From an uncultured Clostridium sp. (GTDB taxonomy: Bacteria; Bacillota; Clostridia; TANB77; CAG-508), in assembly GCA_946578345.1 (NCBI GenBank), contig CAMOBD010000002.1, positions 1 to 52,088 on the forward strand: a stretch of 52,088 bases of DNA. The letters are read 5' to 3'. Below are positions 10,177 to 19,700 of this stretch, piece after piece. Position 1 is the stretch's first letter; the number at the start of each line of letters is the position of its first letter. The notes under the pieces are model-generated. The model saw only the letters and a program-made list of their open reading frames with translations, ran no database searches and was not told where the DNA came from. Position numbers and translations under genes: made by a program.

Positions 10177-10203
10177 AGAGACCAACTTTAAAAGTTGGTC
10201 TCT
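10177..10203 (+). terminator. Rho-independent terminator
   Basis: AGAGACCAACTTT-AAA-AGTTGGTCTCT. Confidence 0.7.
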
Positions 10204-10317
10204 AAAAATTTATAGCATATAGGAGAAATTATTTTGTAGTAGGATTAGCTTATTCATAAAACCATCTCCTTTTACATCAAATACTTGTATATATTATACA
10301 ATAAGTAAATTTGAAAA

Positions 10318-10875
10318 TCAAATTGTAATATTAATACTTAAATTCTCCTTAGGAAACAACCCATCATATATACTTTCTATAGTATCTTTTAACACATTTG
10401 GAGAGATACTGCTTTCATCAGTAGAATAAGTTAAAATATAATAATCAACATTATATAAAACATATTTTAACGTATTACATTTTACAAATCCTGCATTTAA
10501 ATAATAACGTAATCTTTTTTCTATTACCTCAAGCTCTTGTTCGTTTTTCGCGTTTTTCTCTGATTCTACTTCAACAATTAGTACTTTTTTATTAGCTAAA
10601 AACTCTTTTATGGCTTCTATAAATCTCTTTCCAACGCCTTGACCTCTATGTTCTTTTATAACAGCTAGATGGGTAATTAAAACCTTCTCATCTTTTTCCA
10701 TTGTAATAAAATATGCTATTTCTTGAGAATTTTCCTCATAGATATATACATTTTGAATATTTTCTTGAGTTAACTTCACAAATCCAGTGTAATTTGGAAT
10801 TTCGTTTTTAGGAAAATCTTCTTCCATATATTTATATATTTGTTTTGCTTTTTCTAAATCTGCTTTTTTAATCAT
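10318..10875 (-). CDS. GNAT-family N-acetyltransferase
   Basis: Acetyl-CoA motif HRGQGVGKRFI. ATG 10875 is preceded by GGAGG. The track's longer start is rejected. Confidence 0.7.
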   Translation of the reverse strand: MIKKADLEKAKQIYKYMEEDFPKNEIPNYTGFVKLTQENIQNVYIYEENSQEIAYFITMEKDEKVLITHLAVIKEHRGQGVGKRFIEAIKEFLANKKVLIVEVESEKNAKNEQELEVIEKRLRYYLNAGFVKCNTLKYVLYNVDYYILTYSTDESSISPNVLKDTIESIYDGLFPKENLSINITI

Positions 10876-11268
10876 TTTAACCTCCATTCGAGCGAATTTA
10901 TGCTCTAACAAAAAATTTATTTAATAACCTCTATTAAATTCGTGAGAATGTTAGAGGTTAAAATTAGCCATCTCAAAATTCGTTAGAATTTTGAGGGCGA
11001 TAGCGATTGTAGCCGATAGTGTGAAAAACAAGTTTTTCACACTATCAATCCTACCTTTCATAATTTATATTATAGCATAATTATTAATTTTACAATCAAA
11101 AAATAGACCACTCTTTACAATTGCCTAAAAAATCTGATATAATAGGCAAAGCGGTTTGTAGGCGAATCTATAAACCTTAAAGAATATAAAAGTTTAAAGA
11201 AAATTATCATAAAATGTCACAAAATGGCCTGTCCCTTTTGCGACACTAAGAAAGGAAAAAGAAGAAAT

Positions 11269-13455
11269 ATGGAAATTAATAAAATAATTGCAGAGGAATT
11301 AAGTATTAGAGAAAATCAAGTAGAGGCAGCAGTGAAACTAATAGATGAGGGAAATACTATTCCATTTATTGCTCGTTATAGAAAAGAAGTTACAGGAGGG
11401 CTTTCTGATGAGGTTTTAAGAGATTTGGGTGAAAGGCTTACATATTTAAGAAACCTAGAAAAGAGAAAAGAAGAGGTTGTGAAGTCTATAGAGGAGCAAG
11501 GAAAATTAACAGAGGAAATATCAAAATCTATAGAAGAGGCTAAGACACTTGCAGAAGTAGAAGATATATATAGACCATATAAGCCTAAAAAGAAAACAAG
11601 GGCAACAGTTGCTAAAGCAAAGGGATTAGAACCTTTGGCAAATATTATATATCAGCAAAAGGAAACAAGGCCAATAGAAGAAATTGCAAAAGAGTATGTA
11701 AATGTGGATAGTGTGGAAGAAGATACTCCAAAAGACAAGATTGTTGCAAATGTTGAAGATGCAATTCAAGGAGCACTAGATATAATTGCGGAAAATATCT
11801 CTGATGAGCCAAAATACAGAAAGAAAATTAAAGGAATATGCTATAGAGAAGCAGTTATAAATGTAAAAGCTACAAAGCCTGAAGAAAAATCAAGTTATGA
11901 TATGTATTATGATTTTAATGAAAGTATTAAGAGACTTCCAAGTCATAGAATATTAGCGATAAATAGGGGAGAAAAGGAAGATTTTCTAAAGGTAAAAATA
12001 GATAAACCAGAAGACAAGATATTAGAATATATGGAAAGAGACATCATAAAAGGACATACACAGTTTGAAGAATATTTAAAATCTACCATAGATGATAGCT
12101 GGAAAAGACTTATAGAGCCATCTATAGATAGGGAAATTCGTTCTGATTTAACTGAAAAGGCTGAAGAAAAGGCTATTAAAGTTTTTGGAAAGAATGCAAA
12201 ACAATTACTTTTAGGAGCTCCAATTAAAAACTTAACAGTTATAGGATTTGACCCAGCATATAGAACAGGATGTAAAATTGCAGTAATTGATGAAACAGGA
12301 AAGGTTTTAGAAACTACAACCATCTATCCTACAGAGCCACAAAATGACACGGAAAACTCAGCAAAAGTATTACTAAATCTTATAAAAAAATATGATGTCA
12401 ATATGTTTGCAATAGGAAATGGAACAGCATCAAGAGAATCAGAAATATTTGTAGCAGATGTAATAAAAAGGGCAAAGGAAGAGCTAGGAAAAGATGTGCA
12501 CTATGCAATAGTTTCAGAAGCAGGAGCATCAGTTTACTCTGCATCAAAACTTGCAACAGAAGAATATCCAGATATAAATGTTTCATTAAGAGGAGCAATA
12601 TCTATAGCAAGAAGATTACAAGACCCACTAGCAGAACTTGTAAAAATAGATCCAAAATCAATTGGTGTAGGACAATATCAACATGATGTTGATCAAAAGA
12701 AACTTTCTGAAAGTTTAACAGGTGTTGTAGAAGATGCAGTTAATAAAGTCGGTGTAGATGTAAACACAGCAACACCATCACTTTTACAGTATATCTCTGG
12801 AATAAATAAAACAATTGCAAATAATATTGTAAAATATAGAGATGAAAATGGAAAAATAAAGGAAAGAAAAGAACTTTTGAAAGTGCCAAAGTTAGGGAAA
12901 TCAGCATTTGAACAATGTGCAGGATTTATACGTGTATTTGATGGAAAAAATTCATTGGAAGTTACAGCAGTTCACCCAGAAAGTTATGAAATAGCAGAAA
13001 AATTATTAAATAAAATAGGGTATAGCAAAGAAGAATTAACAGACAAAGAGAAATTAAAAGAAATAAAAACAAAACTTGCAGAGATTAATGTATCAAACAC
13101 TGCTAAAGAACTTGATGTAGGGGAGATGACTTTAAAAGATATAATAGATGAACTTTCAAAACCAGGAAGAGACCCAAGAGAAGAAATGTCAAAACCGGTT
13201 TTAAGAGCAGATGTACTTAAATTTGAGGATTTAAGAGAAGGACAAATATTAACAGGCACAGTAAGAAATGTTACAGACTTTGGAGCATTTGTGGATGTTG
13301 GTGTAAAACACGATGGGTTAGTACATATATCAGAAATGAGCAACAGCTTTGTAAAAAGTCCGTCAGACGTAGTATCTGTAGGAGACATTGTAAAAGTAAA
13401 GGTAATTGGAATTGATAGTGAGAGACAAAAGGTTAAACTTAGTATGAAGATTTAG
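11269..13455 (+). CDS. tex: Tex-like transcription accessory protein (YqgF/HhH/S1 domains)
   Basis: 728 aa. N-terminus reads ...IPFIARYRKE.TGGL. A C-terminal S1 domain is present (GTVRNVTDFGAFVDVG...DGLVHISE). Confidence 0.9.
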   Translation: MEINKIIAEELSIRENQVEAAVKLIDEGNTIPFIARYRKEVTGGLSDEVLRDLGERLTYLRNLEKRKEEVVKSIEEQGKLTEEISKSIEEAKTLAEVEDIYRPYKPKKKTRATVAKAKGLEPLANIIYQQKETRPIEEIAKEYVNVDSVEEDTPKDKIVANVEDAIQGALDIIAENISDEPKYRKKIKGICYREAVINVKATKPEEKSSYDMYYDFNESIKRLPSHRILAINRGEKEDFLKVKIDKPEDKILEYMERDIIKGHTQFEEYLKSTIDDSWKRLIEPSIDREIRSDLTEKAEEKAIKVFGKNAKQLLLGAPIKNLTVIGFDPAYRTGCKIAVIDETGKVLETTTIYPTEPQNDTENSAKVLLNLIKKYDVNMFAIGNGTASRESEIFVADVIKRAKEELGKDVHYAIVSEAGASVYSASKLATEEYPDINVSLRGAISIARRLQDPLAELVKIDPKSIGVGQYQHDVDQKKLSESLTGVVEDAVNKVGVDVNTATPSLLQYISGINKTIANNIVKYRDENGKIKERKELLKVPKLGKSAFEQCAGFIRVFDGKNSLEVTAVHPESYEIAEKLLNKIGYSKEELTDKEKLKEIKTKLAEINVSNTAKELDVGEMTLKDIIDELSKPGRDPREEMSKPVLRADVLKFEDLREGQILTGTVRNVTDFGAFVDVGVKHDGLVHISEMSNSFVKSPSDVVSVGDIVKVKVIGIDSERQKVKLSMKI

Positions 13456-13461
13456 GAATAT

Positions 13462-13645
13462 AAACAAAGAATTCGTCGATGTTTAATGGTATACATTTTT
13501 AAAGTCCGCGCAGGGATGTTCTAATTTAAATAAACGAACGGAGCAGTGAGCTCCGTCGGGACGAAGTGAGGTTATTTAAATTAGAACTCCCGTTGCAGGA
13601 CATGTGTGATTTAAAAACCATTAAACATCGACGAATTCTTTGTTT
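13462..13645. repeat. 184-bp nested palindromic element between convergent genes
   Basis: Perfect 29-bp outer arms AAACAAAGAATTCGTCGATGTTTAATGGT (13462-13490) and their reverse complement (13617-13645). An inner 16-bp inverted repeat GTTCTAATTTAAATAA / TTATTTAAATTAGAAC. A central hairpin GAACGGAGC..GCTCCGTC with a GC-rich core. Confidence 0.9.
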
Positions 13646-13651
13646 TAAAAT

Positions 13652-14707
13652 TTACGCAGGATACTTTTCCTGTATTTCCTCAATCTTACCATACTCATTA
13701 TCAATAATATCAAGAAAAACTTTGCCTATTTCTGGGTCAAATTGTGTGCCCAAATTCCTTTCTATTTCTTCACGTACTACATCTATTGGCAATGAATTTC
13801 TATATGTTCTTTTTGAAGTCATTGCATCAAATGCATCTACAACTGCTGCAATTCTTGCTAAATATGGTATATCTTCGCCTTTTAACTGACCTGGATAACC
13901 TCTTCCATCATATCTTTCATGATGATGTTTTACAATTGGTATAATGTCTTTAAAAACTTCTGCATTGCATAGTATATGAGCTCCAATTGATGGATGGTTT
14001 TTAATTTCTGAATATTCATCATCTGTAAGTTTTGATTCTTTCAATAAAATACTATCTGGTATACCAATCTTTCCAATGTCATGGAATAGGCCACCTACTC
14101 TTAGTGTTTTTAAATCATCTTCAGATAAGCCTAATTTTTCACCAATTAATACAGAGTATTCTGATACTCTGTCAGAATGTCCTCTAGTATATGGGTCTTT
14201 TGCTTCAACGGTGTATCTTAGAGTCTGAATACTTTCTAAATATGCTTTTTCTAATTTTTCATATGTTTCAGACAATTCTTGATTTATTCTTTTTATTTCA
14301 TTCATTTGTTTTATAGATTTAATTCCTGACTCAATTAAAAGTAATAATTGGTCAAACTTATCACTTTTTTCACAATAGCCCTGAATATCTAATCTTCTAA
14401 TTGTTTCAAGAGGTGGAGCTAAATCTTTATGACCAGTTAGTAACAGAATATATAATTCTTTATTAAATTTACGAATTTCTTCCACAACTTGGTCACCATG
14501 TATAGGGTCCATAATAAAGTCAAGTATCATTAAATCAAAATGTTCATTCCTAACTTTTTCAATTGCCTCCATTGGGTCTGTTACTCCAGTAAATTCATAT
14601 CCAGACCTTTTTAAAAATATTGAAAGTGAATCTACAATTCCTTCTTCATCATCAACAGCAATAATTTTATAACCATTAGATTGTGCTATATGTTCATTTT
14701 TTCTCAT
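13652..14707 (-). CDS. Response regulator with receiver domain and HD-GYP (c-di-GMP phosphodiesterase-type) output domain
   Basis: Receiver segment KIIAVDDEEG...MILDFIMP. HD-GYP motifs GGLFHDIGK and HHERYDGRGYP. ATG 14707 is preceded by GGAGAAGG. Confidence 0.85.
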   Translation of the reverse strand: MRKNEHIAQSNGYKIIAVDDEEGIVDSLSIFLKRSGYEFTGVTDPMEAIEKVRNEHFDLMILDFIMDPIHGDQVVEEIRKFNKELYILLLTGHKDLAPPLETIRRLDIQGYCEKSDKFDQLLLLIESGIKSIKQMNEIKRINQELSETYEKLEKAYLESIQTLRYTVEAKDPYTRGHSDRVSEYSVLIGEKLGLSEDDLKTLRVGGLFHDIGKIGIPDSILLKESKLTDDEYSEIKNHPSIGAHILCNAEVFKDIIPIVKHHHERYDGRGYPGQLKGEDIPYLARIAAVVDAFDAMTSKRTYRNSLPIDVVREEIERNLGTQFDPEIGKVFLDIIDNEYGKIEEIQEKYPA

Positions 14708-14882
14708 AACATCACCTTCTCCAATTAATTCACCTACATTATATAAATTGTTTCGGCAAAAATCAAGCACTTTTGTCAAAAAGTCGGATTAAGGTTAATT
14801 TTTACACTTCATTAAATAGTTTTGCTTTTAGAGAATAAGTATATATTTTCAATGCTCACATAAAGTTGTAAATTATATCAAC

Positions 14883-16697
14883 CTACTTACCGAGCAAAAG
14901 CGGTAGCACTATATGAAATACTGTACCTTTTCCTTTTTCTGTCTCGAATGTAATATCTCCATTAAAGTGAGCTCTGATTGTTGAATATGACATAAATAGT
15001 CCAAGTCCAGTTCCATTCTTACCTTTAGTTGTAATCATCTCTTTAAACAACTTGTCTTGTACAGATTTTGGTAATCCTGAGCCATAATCTCTTATGGATA
15101 TAACTAAAGTGTTTTGTATTTTATCAACTGTTAAATCAATAAATTGGTTAGTTTTTCCGTTATATGATTGGATACTATTTGATATCATATTGTTGATAAC
15201 TTGTACTAAACTTGTTATATCTCCATGTAGTATAGTATTCTTGTCCACATTGATTTTTGTATTTAATTCAATCAAAGCATTTTTAAGCTCATGTTTCATA
15301 AGTATATTTACTCTTTTCATAAGTTCATCTATATCGAAAGTAATATTTTCACTTTCTGATAATGTTACTGCCTGTCCCTTAACTGCAGTAATTACATCAG
15401 ACATATATTCAGAATAAGACTTTATTTTTTCTACCCATTCAGACATATCTTTAGCAATAGCATGATGATCATCATTTGTAACCTCAGGGTCACCAATTGA
15501 CTCGTCATATTCTTTTATTAGGTCAGATAGTCCCTCTGCCGCACCAGATATAGACATTATTGGCGTTTTTAAGTTATGTGCAATTCCGCCGATTAATTGT
15601 CCAAGAGATGCTAAACGTTCTCTTTCCATAAGCATGTTTTGGTTATTTTGAATAGTTTTTAAATCAAGCATATGCTGAGTTGTATCTTTAAACAGAATAA
15701 GAATTCCTAAAAATTTGTTATCTGTTACTATTGAATTTATTTCTATATGAAAATATTTTTCTGCATTAGTTAATTTTTTATCAAAAGAGTATGTATCATC
15801 AGAAGTTTTGACTTCCTGAATGCACTTTTGTAATTCATCCTTATTAATATTAAAATAACTAAATTTAGAAATAAATTCATAAAAGTTTTTATTTCTAATA
15901 GAAACCTTTTCTAATCCAAACATGTTTAAAAATGTTTTATTGAAATCAATAATAATATCTTCGTTATTAATTACAACATAACCGTCAGAAATTTTATCAA
16001 CTATCTTCTGCAATGCAATAGGTGTGATTTTCAAAAATCCAAATTTAAATATAGCAAGTGCATGGAAGAAAATAGCAAAGGCAAAAGATATAGGTGTAAT
16101 ATATATTGTCATTGGAATAATTGCAAATGTTCCTAGTAAATTTACTACAATTGGAATAATTGACCCAATTAAGAATAAAATTGATTGCTTAGAAAAAAAG
16201 CCAGAATTCTTAATTGAATATCTTAGTAAATTTATTAATCCAATTGCCAGCATAATATATGTGTATGCTAAATATACATAGACATATGGTCCAATTACTG
16301 TTTCATTTAAATTAATTGAATATACTTCATAAAATAAATGATGAAAATCATTTGTCCACAATACTAGTAGAGATAATATAGGGATAATGAATAACAATAA
16401 ATACCATCTCTTAAATACGAAATTGCTATTGGCAAATGCGATACTAATAAAGTAAATACAAACAGGTAAAAAGCAAGAACCAATATATGAAAAATAGTCA
16501 AAATAAATTGGCGGAATTCCTAGAGGTTCACTAAGAACCCCACCTAAGAATACAAAAAAGCACATATCAAGAAGCAATAACAAAATAATAGTAAAAATAT
16601 TTTTTATCTGATTTTTATTCTTTTGCTTATCAATAAAATACATAAGCAAAAGAATAGCTATCATAATTATAAACAAAAGTGGTATATAAAAACTCAT
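14883..16697 (-). CDS. Sensor histidine kinase with N-terminal multi-TM (7TM-type) sensor, PAS-like region, HisKA and HATPase domains
   Basis: About 604 aa. About 7 N-terminal TM helices. H-box GGIAHNLKTP, N-box NMISNSIQ, G-box GSGL...GTGLGL. The start is 12 nt after the NRPS stop, and GGAGG lies in the junction. Confidence 0.85.
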   Translation of the reverse strand: MSFYIPLLFIIMIAILLLMYFIDKQKNKNQIKNIFTIILLLLLDMCFFVFLGGVLSEPLGIPPIYFDYFSYIGSCFLPVCIYFISIAFANSNFVFKRWYLLLFIIPILSLLVLWTNDFHHLFYEVYSINLNETVIGPYVYVYLAYTYIMLAIGLINLLRYSIKNSGFFSKQSILFLIGSIIPIVVNLLGTFAIIPMTIYITPISFAFAIFFHALAIFKFGFLKITPIALQKIVDKISDGYVVINNEDIIIDFNKTFLNMFGLEKVSIRNKNFYEFISKFSYFNINKDELQKCIQEVKTSDDTYSFDKKLTNAEKYFHIEINSIVTDNKFLGILILFKDTTQHMLDLKTIQNNQNMLMERERLASLGQLIGGIAHNLKTPIMSISGAAEGLSDLIKEYDESIGDPEVTNDDHHAIAKDMSEWVEKIKSYSEYMSDVITAVKGQAVTLSESENITFDIDELMKRVNILMKHELKNALIELNTKINVDKNTILHGDITSLVQVINNMISNSIQSYNGKTNQFIDLTVDKIQNTLVISIRDYGSGLPKSVQDKLFKEMITTKGKNGTGLGLFMSYSTIRAHFNGDITFETEKGKGTVFHIVLPLLLGK

Positions 16698-16709
16698 ATT
16701 AACCTCCAT

Positions 16710-19700
16710 TTAATTAATATTTATATTAAAATATCCAATATCAGCTAAATATTTAAAGTAATTTCTTAAATATCTTTCATCAATAATTGGCCACTTAAAT
16801 CCCATTTTAGCTAGCACGGCTGAAGAAAAATCAGATTTGATTTTTACCTCGGATTCATAAACTAGTTTTTTGTCGTAGTTTAAATCATTGATAATGCCTT
16901 CCAAATATGATTTTTTATCAGGATTTTGTAATAAGTCAGATATTATTTTCTTAAACTCTTGGTCACTAACTATTTTTAATGGAATTCCTAATTTAACCAT
17001 TGTATCATATAATTTATCTAAGTCAACATGATTTTCATTTAATAAATGGAAAACATTATATTTTCTATTATAATGACTTGCAATTTTTATAATTGCATCA
17101 CCACAATAGTCAATTGGAGTAAATTCAGCATAAAGTCCTAACATATAATCTGGAACATATCCAATCTGTAAAAATGATTTAAATCTATTTACAAATGCAT
17201 TTTCAAAGTGATTTTGTTGAAACTTGCCCTCTGAAAACCTACTTGTTAGATTTCCCATTCTTAAAATACATGCAGAAACTCCACGAGAAATTGCATCTAA
17301 GACAATTCTTTCTGCTTCAAATTTACTATGTATATATGAATTTTTTAAATTTTGTCCTACATAAAAATTAGTTTCATCAAAAATAATATCTTTGCCAAAG
17401 TAATTCTCTATATTAGCACCTTCTGCTAAGTTATTTCCAGACACACTAATTGTAGAAATATGAAGTAATTTTAAATTAAATTTTTCACACAAGTCTACAA
17501 TTTTTTGTGTACCATCAATATTAATTTTTTTGAATGCGTTATAATTTCCATAGTGTTTTACCAATGCGGCGCAATGTATAACTGTGGTTAGTTTATTACC
17601 TAAATTATTGTAATCTTCATCTGATAATCCTAGATTATCCAGAGTTATATCGCCTTCAATCAAGTGTATACGTTTGCCGATTAATGCATCATATGAATTT
17701 CCAAAGTAAAAATGTAAAGTGTTTTCTAATCTTTGCTTTGGTGAAATATTGTCTTTTGAACGAATTAGACAATATATATTTCCAGTTTCATTTTTTATAA
17801 AACTATCTAAAACATGTGCACCTAGAAATCCAGTAAATCCAGTTAGTAAAACATTTGAAATTGGTGTGTATTCAAGTTCTATATTGTCTGTTAGTTTATT
17901 ACCTGAGATTAATGCATCATATTTTTTGTATTCTTCTATATAATGACGTTTTGTATTTAAATTATTTTTAGAGTCAATATGTTTTGCGAGATTTTCGACT
18001 GTTAAAAACTCAAAAATATCTCCATATGCAATAGACAAGTTGTTACTTAAGCATTCCACTTGTACTTTCATTGCGGTTAAAGAATCCCCACCAAATTCAA
18101 AGAAATTATCAGTAACTCCAATTTCATCATAGTTTAATACTTTTTTAAAAATAGAAAGTAATAATTCTTCAGTCTCATTTCTAGGAGGCACAATTGAGCT
18201 AGAATGAGCTATTGCTTTACTAAAATCAGTAGGTAATTTACTTCTATCAATTTTTCCATTAGCATTAATTGGCAAATGCTCTAATTGCATGAAATATGTA
18301 GGTATCATGTATATAGGCAAACGGCTTTTTAAATAAGCTTTTAAAGCAGATATATCAATTTCAGAATCTGCAACAAAATAGTTACAAATTACTTTTTCGC
18401 TATTAATAGTATTTACAACTGTGAAGGAATCCTTGATTCCATCAAATCTAGAAATCTGTAAATTAATTTCACCTAATTCAACACGATATCCTCTGATTTT
18501 TACTTGCCCATCAATTCTACCAATAAAATCAATTGTTCCATCAGGACGCCATTTTACAAGGTCTCCTGTTCTATAAACCATTCCTTCTCCAAAAGGATTA
18601 GCAATAAACTTTTTGGAAGTTAAATCTGGATTGTTTAAATAACCTTTACCAACACCATCTCCACCAACCCATAATTCCCCAGGAACTCCTATAGGTAATA
18701 AATTACCAGTTTGAGAAACTACATATGCTGTGGAATTTGATATTGGCCTTCCAATTGGAATGGAGTCATTGTAAGTTTTATCAATAGTAAAGCAGCAAGA
18801 AAATGTTGTATTTTCTGTTGGTCCATAACCATTGATAATTGTTAAGTTAGGGTTTGCAGCCCTTACTGCATTAATATGACTTGGAGAAAGCACATCTCCA
18901 CCAGTTAATAATTTTTTAACGTTTTTAAACATATATGGATTGTCTTCAGAAAGTTGGTTAAACAAAGGAGCAGTAATCCATAAAGTTGTGATTTTATTTT
19001 TTGCTAAATAATTTTGTAAAAGTGAAGCATCTAATAATTCATCTTTTTTAATAATATATAACTCAAATCCATTTAGCAAAGAACACCAAATTTCAAAAGT
19101 ACATGCATCAAAAACAATAGAGCCAGTTTGAAGAATTCTTTCATGCTCTTCAAAAGTAATAAATTTATTATTTTTAGCTAATCTTATAATATTTCTATGA
19201 GTTATCATTACTCCTTTTGGATTTCCTGTTGAACCAGATGTATACATTACATAAGCTAAATCATCTGGAGAACAATTTACTATCTCTATAGAAGATTTGT
19301 CTTGATTTTGGTAAATAATATTGTTCAATTCTACAGATAAAGCTTTTACATTTGATGTAGCTTTGTAAATAAAATCTGATACTGTGAGTAATATTTTCGA
19401 GTTTGAATCACGAAGCATGTACTCAATTCTTTCTTTAGGATATTGTACATCAATTGGTAAAAATGCTGCACCTACTTTTAAAATGCCTAAAATTGCAACT
19501 ATCATTTCAAGAGATTTGTCCATTAAAATTGGAACAATATCTCCATGTTTTACTTGGTTTTCAAGTAAAATGTGTGCTAATTGATTTGATTCTTGATCTA
19601 ACTCTAAATATGTCATTTTAGTATTTTCAAAAACAATGGCAATGTTATTTGGAGATTTTTTTACTTGTTCTTTCCATAACTCAATAATATTTTTATCTCT

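Noticed and set aside
13566-13944. ORFs 13566-13889 and 13744-13944 on the plus strand.
   Set aside because: They start inside the 184-bp palindromic repeat and run antisense to the well-supported HD-GYP regulator. They have no RBS and no recognisable protein features.
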